From IMG/VR virus record IMGVR_UViG_3300005937_000013: DNA of 64,000 bases; one strand, given 5' to 3'. Below the pieces are notes generated by a model. The model did not search any database and had not been told where the DNA came from. It saw nothing but the letters and a program-made list of their open reading frames with translations. Origin of the DNA: an uncultured virus (IMG/VR IMGVR_UViG_3300005937_000013). Taxonomy: Duplodnaviria > Heunggongvirae > Uroviricota > Caudoviricetes. The translations under genes and the position numbers were made by a program. This document shows positions 36,996 through 46,568 of the stretch, piece by piece. The number at the start of each line of letters is the position of its first letter. Position 1 is the stretch's first letter.

Positions 36996-39900
36996 GGCAC
37001 CCTCCGAAGATCGTCACTCTCGAACCGCCGCCTGAGTTCGTCCGCATCATAGCGACGTCTCAGCTCTCCCGCCATCACCGGCTTGGTCAGCCCGTTCACC
37101 CCATGGGTGCGGCGGAGGTCGTTGGCGTCGGTCTTTCGCCGCAGACTGTGGACGAGGACCTGGAGCAACCCCGGCATCGTAACCAGGAGGTCCGCCAGCA
37201 CGTCTACCACCGCGTCTGAGGTGGCGGAGACGGCAAGGGTGGTCCCGAGACCGAGGGTGGACTGGATGAGGTCTACCACCGCGTCGGTGGTGGCCGCGAG
37301 CCCAAGGTTGAGCCGGGCCGTGGCGAGAAGGTCCATCACGACGTCCACCTGAGCCACCATCCCCTGGGTGAGCCTCAGGGTGGAGAGGTGTTCAGCGACG
37401 GCGTCTACCGTGGAGGTGAGTGGGATCTGGAGCCCGAGCTGCGACTGGACGTCTGCCACGGAGTCGACCGTGGCCTGCATGGTCGTTCCGAGGACAAACA
37501 GGTCCGCCAGCTGGTCGGCAACGACGTCCGAGGTGGCTGACAGGGCGATCGCCAGTCTCGCGGTGGCTAGGTGCTCCGCGACGGCGTCGGAGGTGGCCGA
37601 GAGAGCCAGGGCTAGCCGGGCGGTGGCGAGGTGTTCCGCGACCGCGTCCACGTTGGCGCTCACCCCGTAGCTCACCCCTGCACTGGCTAGGTGCTCCGCC
37701 ACCGCGTCTGAGGTAGCCGTGAGGGGTAGGGCCAACCCGAGGGAGGCTGCCTGTGCAGCCACGGCGTCTGAGGTGACTGTGAGGGGCAGGGAGAGCCCCA
37801 GCGAAGCAGTGAGATCTGCTACCACATCCGAGGTGGCCGTGCAAGCAAGGGTGAGCCGGAGAGCGGCAAGGTGGTCCGCCACCGCGTCCAGGGTGGCGGA
37901 GAGGTCAACCTGTCCACCGAGGAGGAGGTTGGCGACATGATCCGCCACGGTGTCGACCGTGGCGGCGAGGGGCAGAGCCAGCCGGAGCGTGGCCTGCTGG
38001 TCCGCGACAGCGTCCGAGGTGGAGGCGAGGGGCAGGGCCAGGGCGAGGGTGGCAAGGTGCTCGGCTACCACGTCGACGGTGGCACTCATGGGGAGGACCG
38101 TGGCGAGGGTTGCTTGATGCTCGGCGACCGCGTCCGAGGTGGCCGTCAGCGGGAGGGCGAGTCCTAGCGTGACGGTCTGGGAGGCCACCGCGTCGCTGGT
38201 GGCAGACAGCGGGAGTGCCAGGGCGAGGGTGGCGCTCTGCTCCGCGACCGCGTCTGCGGTGGCAGCGAGAGGAAGGGAGAGCTTGGCAGTGGCCTGGACG
38301 TCCGAGACTGCGTCCACCGTGGCTGCCAGGGGATGGATGAACGCCAGGGTACCGGTGTGCTCAGCGACGGCATCCACCGTGGCGGTGAGGGCGTGTGCCT
38401 GCCCACCCAGCCCCGCCAGGTGCTCAGCGACCGCGTCCGAGGTGGCTGAGATGGTCTGGAGACTCCCCGGTTCGTGGGTGACGACGAGCCTAGGCTCAGC
38501 GTAGGTGGTGTTCTCATACGACACGATCATGAACTGTTCGGTCGTGCCCGGGTGCTCGTAGAAGATCATCAACGAGTAACCGGGGCGCCATCCCGACTGA
38601 TTGACGATCTCCTGGACGATCGTCTTGATCTCGGGACTACTGACCTCGGTGCCTAGTGACCCAAGATCGTTGGTGGTCCAGCTAACCGACGCGGTGGTGG
38701 CAGCCCGTCCCCAGATGTCCTCGTCCAGACCAGCTGTACCGGTCCATGAGTTCTCCGTAAGGTGTCCCTTCAGGGTCCCCTCGGCATCGTTCTTGTCGGT
38801 GCTGGCAAGGGTGACCTTCAGTACCGCTGACAAGATGTCTCCACCCTGCGGGATGTTCCACCCGTTGAACCGCCACGCTGCCCGACCGCCACCGGCGGCA
38901 CCCATCGCCAGGGCCGAGACGTTACTCCAGTCGGGGATGTTCGCGGATCCCACCCCACCAGACTCAACCCCATCGTCCAGTCCGTCCGCGACCAGGATCG
39001 TCGAGGTGATGTACCTCCGGAGGGTGGCCTGCTGGTCGGCGACCGCGTCTATCTGCGCGGTAAGGGGAAGTGCCAGACGAGCCGTCGCCACCACGTCTGT
39101 TACTGCGTCGACAGTCGCCTGTAGTGCGTGCTGTGTTCCCGTCGAGATTGTAGCCTGCTGATCGGCTACCGCGTCCACCGTCGCCGTCAAGGGCAACGCC
39201 AGTCGGGCCGTGGCCTGCACGTCCGAGACTGCATCGGACGTCGCACTCAGAGGCAGAGCGAGGGCGAGGATGGCCTGGGTGTCCGAGACCCCATCGACGT
39301 TGACCGACCCGAGGTCGACCGCCCCACCACCACCCAGGTTCCAGTCAAACGGGTAGGGGCCGTCATCAGCATCGACCGTGGTCCCAACCCGGGTGGCCTG
39401 CTCAGCGGTTCCGATGATGTCCGCGACCGCGGTGGTGACCGCCGCCTGGTGATACGACCAAAGCGAGCTTGGAGAGGCATCCACCCACTTCTGGAGGGTG
39501 TCCTCGAGCCCGGCAGCCACGAGGTTGGAGTCCCCGGTAGAGTCAGCAGTGTAAGGGAGCGAGTTCTCCCAGACAGCCACCACCGCCAACTTGCCGTTGA
39601 ATATCTCGCTAGCTCCACCTGTACTCAACGTAATGAAGTCACCACCGGCACCGCCCACCGTCGCCGTCCAGTTCGCGACGGAGGCGTCAAAGTTGGCGTG
39701 GCTCCAGGTGGCAGTGTTGTAGTTGTAGATCGATGCCCGGGGGGTGGCAGTTCCAGTTGCCTTTCGAACCACCACGAGAGCCCAGACACCTGTCGGAATG
39801 GTGTTGGTGCTAGCCGCACCGGCCGACCCGTTGTGCCAGACGATCCACTCACCGGTCTCGATCTGCAGGGGCGTAAACTTGTACAGGTCATCACTATTTG

Positions 39901-40723
39901 TCACGCAGAACGCCGTCTTGACGGTCGCCGTCTCAGTAAGCTTCATCAACATGGCGACCGTCCCGTACGTCCAGCCGGCAAGGTTGCCCATTGAGAACTG
40001 GAGGTTGTCGTCTACCCCATCAAAGATCCGGGTCGGTCCGTTGGGTGGTCCCGCGACCGTGAGAGTCGCCTGGGTATCTGAGACCGCGTCACAAGTAGCC
40101 GAGAGAGCGATCGGCGCGAAGCTGAGGTTCTGGGAGAACTCAAACCAGGGGACGGTTCCAGTAGTGTCGGTCGCGGCGTTGGTGTGATCGGTCCCGTTTC
40201 CACCGATCGCCATGTCGAACTGGGGGGAGGTACCGGTGGCCGCCATCCCATAGCCGACCTCAACCACGAGACGGTCATCCTGCTGCGCGGTCTGGGAGGT
40301 GAGTGACTGGGCGTTAGCACACCGGACACCCTGTACCGTGGCGGGCAGCTCGGTGGTCTCAGCGTAGAATCCCTGCACGAGCAGCGTCCCTCGGACCGTG
40401 GACCCGTCGCTGCTCACCAACCGAACACAGAGTGACCGTCGGTCGATGTTGTCGTTACCCGAGACCTCCCGACCACGGGACATGACCGTAATCGTCCCCG
40501 AGATGGATCCAGGGTTCAGAGGTGGAGAGACCAGCTGGAACGCCAAGCACTCGTTATTTGCACCCGAGGTGACGTTGACGTTAGAGAGCTGCTCGGTCCC
40601 GGACGCCTTTCCAGTAGAAAGACCGCGGGTGACGAACCCCGTGGTAGACTGCCACCCAGCATCAGGGGTGCGGGAGAACCCTGAGACCGAGCTGGTAGCG
40701 ACACCGTAGAAGCGGGTCGCCAC
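36986..40723 (-). CDS. 1245-aa fibre-like virion protein with LamG-like domain and ~20-aa repeats
   Basis: FDGVDD...W..V...FNGKLA LamG pattern; dozens of L(S/T)AT(S/V)DAVA(E/D)xxATLxL repeats. Confidence 0.7.
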   Translation of the reverse strand: MATRFYGVATSSVSGFSRTPDAGWQSTTGFVTRGLSTGKASGTEQLSNVNVTSGANNECLAFQLVSPPLNPGSISGTITVMSRGREVSGNDNIDRRSLCVRLVSSDGSTVRGTLLVQGFYAETTELPATVQGVRCANAQSLTSQTAQQDDRLVVEVGYGMAATGTSPQFDMAIGGNGTDHTNAATDTTGTVPWFEFSQNLSFAPIALSATCDAVSDTQATLTVAGPPNGPTRIFDGVDDNLQFSMGNLAGWTYGTVAMLMKLTETATVKTAFCVTNSDDLYKFTPLQIETGEWIVWHNGSAGAASTNTIPTGVWALVVVRKATGTATPRASIYNYNTATWSHANFDASVANWTATVGGAGGDFITLSTGGASEIFNGKLAVVAVWENSLPYTADSTGDSNLVAAGLEDTLQKWVDASPSSLWSYHQAAVTTAVADIIGTAEQATRVGTTVDADDGPYPFDWNLGGGGAVDLGSVNVDGVSDTQAILALALPLSATSDAVSDVQATARLALPLTATVDAVADQQATISTGTQHALQATVDAVTDVVATARLALPLTAQIDAVADQQATLRRYITSTILVADGLDDGVESGGVGSANIPDWSNVSALAMGAAGGGRAAWRFNGWNIPQGGDILSAVLKVTLASTDKNDAEGTLKGHLTENSWTGTAGLDEDIWGRAATTASVSWTTNDLGSLGTEVSSPEIKTIVQEIVNQSGWRPGYSLMIFYEHPGTTEQFMIVSYENTTYAEPRLVVTHEPGSLQTISATSDAVAEHLAGLGGQAHALTATVDAVAEHTGTLAFIHPLAATVDAVSDVQATAKLSLPLAATADAVAEQSATLALALPLSATSDAVASQTVTLGLALPLTATSDAVAEHQATLATVLPMSATVDVVAEHLATLALALPLASTSDAVADQQATLRLALPLAATVDTVADHVANLLLGGQVDLSATLDAVADHLAALRLTLACTATSDVVADLTASLGLSLPLTVTSDAVAAQAASLGLALPLTATSDAVAEHLASAGVSYGVSANVDAVAEHLATARLALALSATSDAVAEHLATARLAIALSATSDVVADQLADLFVLGTTMQATVDSVADVQSQLGLQIPLTSTVDAVAEHLSTLRLTQGMVAQVDVVMDLLATARLNLGLAATTDAVVDLIQSTLGLGTTLAVSATSDAVVDVLADLLVTMPGLLQVLVHSLRRKTDANDLRRTHGVNGLTKPVMAGELRRRYDADELRRRFESDDLRRVPWA

Positions 40724-41196
40724 TAGGGCCTCTTGTACGTAATGATCTCCGGGTCCTCAGGTGCGATGGCTCCCTCGGCGATCCCCTTGTCGAGGAACGT
40801 CCGAACCTGCTCGTTGGAGACCCGTCCCCAGATCCACCCGTACTCTGTCACCGCCACCTCGAGCATGGACCGGTAGACTCCTGCTCGCTGGGCGGCGGGG
40901 ACCAGGGAAGCGTCGAGGCCCACCCAACGACCCTGGCCCCCGCCGAGCTTCCCACCACGGTCATCCGTGACGATCAGGTACGCCTCAAGCTCGGTCCCAT
41001 CGTGGGAGATGGCTACCACAGCACTGTCCCGGTCGAGAAAGTCCAGTACCGCTGCCATGGTGGGAAGGGTCAACTCGAGGTTCCCTGAGGCCACTGCTCC
41101 CGCGTTGCACCGCTCCCCGAGGACGATCCGACCTGCCAGGTTGACTATCTCGCCAGCCCAGGTGGTGTCGTGTGTCCGCTCGATGACCCGAGCCAC
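40723..41196 (-). CDS. Possible GNAT-fold protein
   Basis: LVPAAQRAGVYRSML...VSNEQVRTFLDKG resembles GNAT motifs A and B. Confidence 0.4.
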   Translation of the reverse strand: MARVIERTHDTTWAGEIVNLAGRIVLGERCNAGAVASGNLELTLPTMAAVLDFLDRDSAVVAISHDGTELEAYLIVTDDRGGKLGGGQGRWVGLDASLVPAAQRAGVYRSMLEVAVTEYGWIWGRVSNEQVRTFLDKGIAEGAIAPEDPEIITYKRP

Positions 41197-41200
41197 GACA

Positions 41201-41626
41201 TCAGCCCGGGGTGCCCTTGCCCAACCGGAACGTGAGCTGACCGACCCCAAAGGAGGCGGTGTCGCCGTTGTTCACGTCCTTGGAGGCTGCCAGAGCCGCC
41301 CACGCGTACACCGACCCGGCCGTGGAGGCCGAGTGTAGCGTCTGGTGGGTGACGGGCGAGTTGTCCCAGTCTGCCGAGGCGGTGGGGAAGGTGATCGCCG
41401 ACGTGGTGGTCTTGGCAGCCGGAGCTGTACCCGAGGCCGCCGAGAAGGTGGACGCACCCACTGGTTGGCGGGCGTAACCACCGGTGGTAGGTTCGGTGAT
41501 GTTGGTTCCCGCGTCCGTGGGCGTGGTCGAGCTCAACCCCACGTGGAGGGTGGTCGAGGGAGCCCAGTCGGGGTCCTGAAAGACGTGGTCGAGTATCGCC
41601 TGCTCGATGGCGTCGACGAAGGGCAT
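41201..41626 (-). CDS. Conserved virion protein (tail-fibre/structural family)
   Basis: LHVGL...E...GYARQ...ITFP.A..DW. Confidence 0.65.
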   Translation of the reverse strand: MPFVDAIEQAILDHVFQDPDWAPSTTLHVGLSSTTPTDAGTNITEPTTGGYARQPVGASTFSAASGTAPAAKTTTSAITFPTASADWDNSPVTHQTLHSASTAGSVYAWAALAASKDVNNGDTASFGVGQLTFRLGKGTPG

Positions 41627-41943
41627 CAGGTGTCCTCTCCGTTCTCCGCAGCTGCCGCTGCCCTGAGTTCCTCACGGCGTGCCGCCCGGTCGGCCTCGAT
41701 CTGATCCATGGCCGCCTTCTGGACCGCGTCACGCTCGCGAGCGGAGTCATCCCGCCAGTCGTCGGGTAGGGCGTCGGGATCACCGACGTCCTCGAAGTGC
41801 TCGGGAGCAAGCTGGGCCTGCTCGTAGTCGGAGATGTCCTCGATGGCAGTTCCAGCCTCGAGGGTCACCATCATGTTCGGTTCGTAGTCGTCCCGCTGAG
41901 GGTCGGCTGCCACAGCCACGTTTCGCTTGAGCGTGAACGCCAT
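41626..41943 (-). CDS. Hypothetical protein
   Basis: RBS GGAGG, coupled ORF. Confidence 0.55.
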   Translation of the reverse strand: MAFTLKRNVAVAADPQRDDYEPNMMVTLEAGTAIEDISDYEQAQLAPEHFEDVGDPDALPDDWRDDSARERDAVQKAAMDQIEADRAARREELRAAAAAENGEDT

Positions 41944-41951
41944 CTCGCCTC

Positions 41952-43763
41952 CTACTTGGTCGGTTGCTTAGCTGGTGGCGGCTGGTTCCCTCCGCCCTGT
42001 CCGTTACCCTCAGGCTGCCCAAAGCCCCGGGCCTTGGCCTGCTCGACCGCGGCTGCGGTCTCCATCTGGAACTCGGCCTGTCGAGCCTCCCCCATGGGTG
42101 GGATCTCCGTCCCGAGGTACTCCGCGGCGGCCTCGGGTGACTCCAGGGCCTCCTTGAGCACCCTGGCGCCCTCGAAGTCCTCGCTCTCCACCGCGTCGGT
42201 CTCGTCGGCAGCATCCGTGATCGAGATGCCCGCGTCCTCCATGAGGAGCCGGATGGACGTGTTCCGGGAGATGAGCTTGTCCCGGTACATGGTGAGGATG
42301 TCGTTGATGATGACGGCCCGGTCCGAGGGGAGAAACTGGCCGAACGCGTACTCGATGATGGGGATGCCCTCGTTGTCCAGCCTCCCCGCGGGTGGTCTGA
42401 GGTCCGCGTGGGTCGGGTCTAACATGGTGAACCGGTGCACGAACGAGAACAGCAGCGGATACTTCTCGTGCCGAACGAGCCGCATCCGACGCACCAGGGA
42501 GCGGAGAGGACCGAACGACAGAGCCAGGGCGATGCCGGAGGGGACCTCGGAGGGTCGGAGCTTGCCGAGAACGCTCTCGGGCATCCGGATGTTGGTCGAG
42601 AGCCGCTTGAGCAGCGTCTCGATGTACTTGAGCAGCGCATCGAGGTTCCGAGAGGTGTCGATGACCGTCACCTCGCCCTGGATCACCTGTCCGGGCCCGT
42701 ACGTCTGAACCTTGCCCTCCTCATCCGCCTCAACCGGCGATTTCGAGCCCAGAGGCGGCGAACCAGTGGTCCGTGAAGTCTTGAGAAGGTCCGTGTCAGT
42801 CGACTGGATGTCGTCGATGATCTGGAGCACCTTCTGTAGCGCGGAACGGCCGAAATGCTCCTTACGACTGATCGTGTTTGGCAGGTGAACGACCGGGACG
42901 AAATCGACGCCGATATCGAGGTTTCGCACCTGCTGACCATCCGCGTTCACCTCCCAGCGGGCCTTGGTCTCGTCGAGGTCGATGTACTCCTTGGACCCGG
43001 TGTCCTCGTAGGTCCACGTTCCGTCGGACTTGAGGCACACCTTGGTCGAGGGGTCAGATCGCCAGGGGTAGGACCGTGTTCCATCGTCCACACCCACCGG
43101 AACCGGATCGTACGCCGTGTCGATCAGCTCGTAGGTGATCCGACGCACAAACCGCTCCGGGGTACGGCCCGTGGACCCGTTTCCGGGCCGGTCGATCTCA
43201 TACTCCCAGGCTATGTGGACCTTGGTCGGGTACTGGTAGTCATAGGAGCTCGGATCGATGACCGGGAAGTAGAACCCCGGGTCGTAGCACCGAACGGTGG
43301 CTCGTCCACGCGGTGAGTCCCAGGCCACCTCGTAGACCCCGTCCCCGAGGCCCACCGCGTCCTCCTCGACCTCCATCACGGTCATGTGGAGGTTGTCGTC
43401 CTCCACCCACCGCTCGAAGAAGTCCTGGAGGGTGTCCGCGTAGTCGTCGACCTCGTCCTCGGCCTTTCGACGAGCACCTCGGACCATCACCATGGCGTCC
43501 TCGCCCAGGACCGCGTCGACGAGGTTCTGGACGATCAGCGACGGGTCACCGTACTCCCTTCGAGAGTCGGGATCGTCGTCGTTGGGCAGGTACTCGTGGG
43601 CAGAGTTCTCGAGGTAGGCCGAGAGCAGGATGTACGCCTCGAGCCGCCGCTTGTTCTCCCTGTCGACCCAGGACGGGGCCTGTCCGACCTGGCGGTTGAG
43701 GAAGGCTGGCTTGTAGTCGTAGGCCGACCACTGGTCCACGAGCAGGGGCTTCGTGTGCGCCAT
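41952..43763 (-). CDS. Portal protein
   Basis: 603 aa after TerL; AVGLGDG, FVPVVHLPN...GRS, PSGIAL. Confidence 0.85.
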   Translation of the reverse strand: MAHTKPLLVDQWSAYDYKPAFLNRQVGQAPSWVDRENKRRLEAYILLSAYLENSAHEYLPNDDDPDSRREYGDPSLIVQNLVDAVLGEDAMVMVRGARRKAEDEVDDYADTLQDFFERWVEDDNLHMTVMEVEEDAVGLGDGVYEVAWDSPRGRATVRCYDPGFYFPVIDPSSYDYQYPTKVHIAWEYEIDRPGNGSTGRTPERFVRRITYELIDTAYDPVPVGVDDGTRSYPWRSDPSTKVCLKSDGTWTYEDTGSKEYIDLDETKARWEVNADGQQVRNLDIGVDFVPVVHLPNTISRKEHFGRSALQKVLQIIDDIQSTDTDLLKTSRTTGSPPLGSKSPVEADEEGKVQTYGPGQVIQGEVTVIDTSRNLDALLKYIETLLKRLSTNIRMPESVLGKLRPSEVPSGIALALSFGPLRSLVRRMRLVRHEKYPLLFSFVHRFTMLDPTHADLRPPAGRLDNEGIPIIEYAFGQFLPSDRAVIINDILTMYRDKLISRNTSIRLLMEDAGISITDAADETDAVESEDFEGARVLKEALESPEAAAEYLGTEIPPMGEARQAEFQMETAAAVEQAKARGFGQPEGNGQGGGNQPPPAKQPTK

Positions 43764-43776
43764 GGCGGACAGAGTA

Positions 43777-45378
43777 TCACCGTGTGCCCACCGCCCGCTT
43801 GTCTGCCACGGTCTTGATCACGAGCGTCTCCCCCTCGGGCACCATGAGCTCGGTCAGACCCCAGACGCAGGCGTCGGCTCGGTCCATCTTGACGACGGTG
43901 TCGTCCTCACCCCCGGACACCATGGGCTCGTCGTCCTCCTCGTCCTCGACCCCGATCAGAAGCAGCTGGTCCTCGAGCTCGACCAGGCTGTTGCCGAAGG
44001 TCGTCTGGAGGTGGTGGACCTCCCGGCGCTCGTAGCAGGCAGCGACCGGCTCGGCCCGCTTCACCTTGCCCCGGGAGGCCCACACGAGCTTGATCGGGAG
44101 CCCCGGCTCCACCGCGTGCATGGTGGAGGCCACGAGGTCACCACCGTTGTTCTTCTCGGCTATGACCCGGTCAGCGTGGAGCCGCTTGTAGACGTTGGCG
44201 ACCTTGTGCGCCCAGTCCGAGTCCGTCATGATGCCAGAGTGGCATTCGAACACGACAGCGTGTGGACGTCCTCGAGGGTTGTCCGACTTGGCACAGAAGG
44301 GACAGGGAGCCCTGGTCTTCCCGACGACGATGATCCCGGTCTCGTTCGAGGTATTTGGATCGGCGGTTACCGCGGGGTCCACGGCTATGACTACGCGGGC
44401 GAGCAGCTCTCCGAGCTCGTAGGTCCCGGCGATCGCGGTGATGTTCCAGGGCTCAAGCCGGCGTTCTTCGATGTACTCAGCTCGGATGAGACCACCTTCG
44501 AGGTCTTCGAGCACCTCTGCCGCCAGCTCCTGGCGGCCAATCCGCGTATTAGCGTACGCATCTTCCAGTTTCTGGAGCACGATCCCCGGGAGGTTTGGAC
44601 GGTTCTCAAAGGTGTGCCCGCTCGTGAGGATTATGCCGTTCCTCGAATCTTTAGCCTCCTCGACCATCTTCTTGATGAACTTGTACGGCTTTGGCGTGGT
44701 CGTGATTATCGCCTGGGGATTGGCGCCAAGACGGAGACCGAAGAGGAGCATATCCCAGGTCTTCTGCCGGTATTTCCAGGTCGCGACCTCGTCACACCAG
44801 GCTCGGTGGTGCTGTGGGCCGCGGAGCCGCTCCGGCTCTTCGGCGCTGAATATCTTCGCTCGGCTTCCGTTCTTCAGGACGAGCTCCCCGAGCGACCGGT
44901 TCCACGCGAGGACGAGGGACTCGGGGAAGATCCCCAGGAGCCCTGACTCGCCCTCGACCATGGTGTCACGGCCGTCCTGGAAGGTCGCGGCCACCAGAGC
45001 GATCCGAGCTCCGGGTCGCTCGAGCATGAACTTGGCGATGTCCTCGGCCCCGGTCCTGGTCTTGCCCCAGCCACGACCGGCCAGGATGACCCAGACCGTC
45101 CACGGGAGGTGTCCCTGGCTGATGACGTGGTCGAGCCGCCTCCGACGCATCCGCTTGTGGGCACCGGGGTAGAGCCGCCTGGCCTCGACCTCAGCCTCCT
45201 GACAGGTGGTGGGGTCGTCACAGAGGAAGTGCGGCTCCGGGGTTCTCTGCTTTCCGCGTGCCTGCAGGAGCCACCGGAGCCGACACTTCCCGGCCATGTC
45301 GAGCTTGCGGAGCAGCTTCTTCCGCGTCTCGACGGGGAGCTTGGGGAGCTGCTCAGCCAGCTGGTCGACAGATGACAC
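43777..45378 (-). CDS. terL: Terminase large subunit
   Basis: Walker A AGRGWGKT, LRGPQ, Walker B WCDE, TTTP, RNase H VAVDP...GK..RAEP...DRADA. Confidence 0.95.
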   Translation of the reverse strand: MSSVDQLAEQLPKLPVETRKKLLRKLDMAGKCRLRWLLQARGKQRTPEPHFLCDDPTTCQEAEVEARRLYPGAHKRMRRRRLDHVISQGHLPWTVWVILAGRGWGKTRTGAEDIAKFMLERPGARIALVAATFQDGRDTMVEGESGLLGIFPESLVLAWNRSLGELVLKNGSRAKIFSAEEPERLRGPQHHRAWCDEVATWKYRQKTWDMLLFGLRLGANPQAIITTTPKPYKFIKKMVEEAKDSRNGIILTSGHTFENRPNLPGIVLQKLEDAYANTRIGRQELAAEVLEDLEGGLIRAEYIEERRLEPWNITAIAGTYELGELLARVVIAVDPAVTADPNTSNETGIIVVGKTRAPCPFCAKSDNPRGRPHAVVFECHSGIMTDSDWAHKVANVYKRLHADRVIAEKNNGGDLVASTMHAVEPGLPIKLVWASRGKVKRAEPVAACYERREVHHLQTTFGNSLVELEDQLLLIGVEDEEDDEPMVSGGEDDTVVKMDRADACVWGLTELMVPEGETLVIKTVADKRAVGTR

Positions 45379-45700
45379 GTACCTGACCCCACCGCTTGAT
45401 CAGGAGGGCGTGCTCGCGGTTCGAGGTGGGGCACAGGTACCGGTTTCCCAGTCCGTTCTTGTCGTAGACCCCCACCCACCCCTCCTCGCCCGCGTACGCC
45501 TCCGCGCAGTCGCTCGTCACGTCCTCACCGTCGAGGAGGATGGTCCAGACGCCCTTCCTGCCACTTCGGTCGCCGAACCTGATCCCGACGTGGTTCTCGT
45601 CCAGTCGGTCTGGGCCTTCGGGCAGGCCAAACTCGTCGGTACGACAGTACGCGCAGCGGATCACTCCTCTCGGGGTCTGAATGGCAGGTTGACGGCCCAC
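45353..45700 (-). CDS. Hypothetical protein
   Basis: GTG overlapping the upstream TAG (TAGTG); CAYC motif. Confidence 0.5.
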   Translation of the reverse strand: MGRQPAIQTPRGVIRCAYCRTDEFGLPEGPDRLDENHVGIRFGDRSGRKGVWTILLDGEDVTSDCAEAYAGEEGWVGVYDKNGLGNRYLCPTSNREHALLIKRWGQVRVICRPAG

Positions 45701-45873
45701 TAGCGTCTCCTCCGGCCCCGACGACGGGTTCGACGACGCCGTCCACCCCTCCGGGTGCGTCGGATCTTGCTCCTCGGTCGGGGCTTGCTCCCGTACTTCT
45801 TGGTCCAGCGGCGAGCGATCCGGGGGTGTCGCGCCCACATGTACCGACGCTGCCTCTCGGAGCGAAACGGCAC
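45700..45873 (-). CDS. Arg-rich 57-aa peptide (not in the ORF track)
   Basis: MPFRSERQRRYMWARHPRIARRWTKKYGSKPRPRSKIRRTRRGGRRRRTRRRGRRRR; both ends coupled to neighbours by TAGTG overlaps. Confidence 0.75.
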   Translation of the reverse strand: MPFRSERQRRYMWARHPRIARRWTKKYGSKPRPRSKIRRTRRGGRRRRTRRRGRRRR

Positions 45874-46100
45874 TATGGCCTCGCCGGGCAGTCCACGTTA
45901 GCCATAAACAGCTCCGACAGGTCCCGGGCACACTCCGGGTGCAGGTGCCAGGTGAGGGGCTCACCTGTGTCGGGGTGCATCATGGTCAACTGACGCCAGT
46001 TCTGGGGGATGCTCGGTCCCCCCTCCGGCACCTGACCCTGAACCTGGCGTCCACAGCGGTCACAGGTGATGGTGACCCTCTGCTCGACGACGATGGTCAC
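45873..46100 (-). CDS. Small Zn-binding hypothetical protein
   Basis: TCDRCG...W...HLHPEC. Confidence 0.6.
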   Translation of the reverse strand: MTIVVEQRVTITCDRCGRQVQGQVPEGGPSIPQNWRQLTMMHPDTGEPLTWHLHPECARDLSELFMANVDCPARP

Positions 46101-46240
46101 CCGCCGACGCGCCTCGTCCCCCGGGCCGTCCCGGGATGCCTGGTGTTCTTCATCCCGCGACGTCCGACGATCGTCTGCTTCTTCCCGTTACCCCCACCGG
46201 TGACACCGGCGGGCTTGTAGCCACCCTTGCGAACTGCCAC
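46097..46240 (-). CDS. Basic 47-aa peptide (not in the ORF track)
   Basis: RBS GAGAGGAG; MAVRKGGYKPAGVTGGGNGKKQTIVGRRGMKNTRHPGTARGTRRVGG; GTGA overlap with the next gene. Confidence 0.65.
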   Translation of the reverse strand: MAVRKGGYKPAGVTGGGNGKKQTIVGRRGMKNTRHPGTARGTRRVGG

Positions 46241-46288
46241 TATCGGCTCCTCTCGCGTGCAATAGGACTTAGCCCCCCTGAGGGTACC

Positions 46289-46539
46289 TCAGCGCCGCCT
46301 CCGACGCCCACCCCTCCGTGACCGGGCCTTGCGCTTCCTGCCGGCCGCGGACATCTTCGCCATCTTCTTCTTCCCGTACTTCTTCCGACCGATGGAGGCC
46401 GCGACGGCCCCCGGGTTCCTCACGTTCCCCGCTTGGCGATGGACCGCTTGAGGGACCGGAACCGTGCCCCGGATCCCAGCTTGGGCTTGCGGCCCTTCCG
46501 CTTACCTCGCGACCTGGATGATCTCCGGCGTCTCGCCAT
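46289..46539 (-). pseudogene. Basic protamine-like ORF interrupted by a -1 shift in a G4 run
   Basis: MARRRRSSRSRGKRKGRKPKLGSGARFRSLKRSIAKRG stops at 46420, but the -1 frame continues NVRNPGAVAASIGRKKYGKKKMAKMSAAGRKRKARSRRGGRRRRR*. Confidence 0.65.
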
Positions 46540-46568
46540 GTCGACCACCTCCTGGCCCGGAGAGGGTA

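Noticed and set aside
37050..39300. ~60-bp periodic repeats as a non-coding array
   Set aside because: They are degenerate and conserved at protein level inside the 1245-aa ORF
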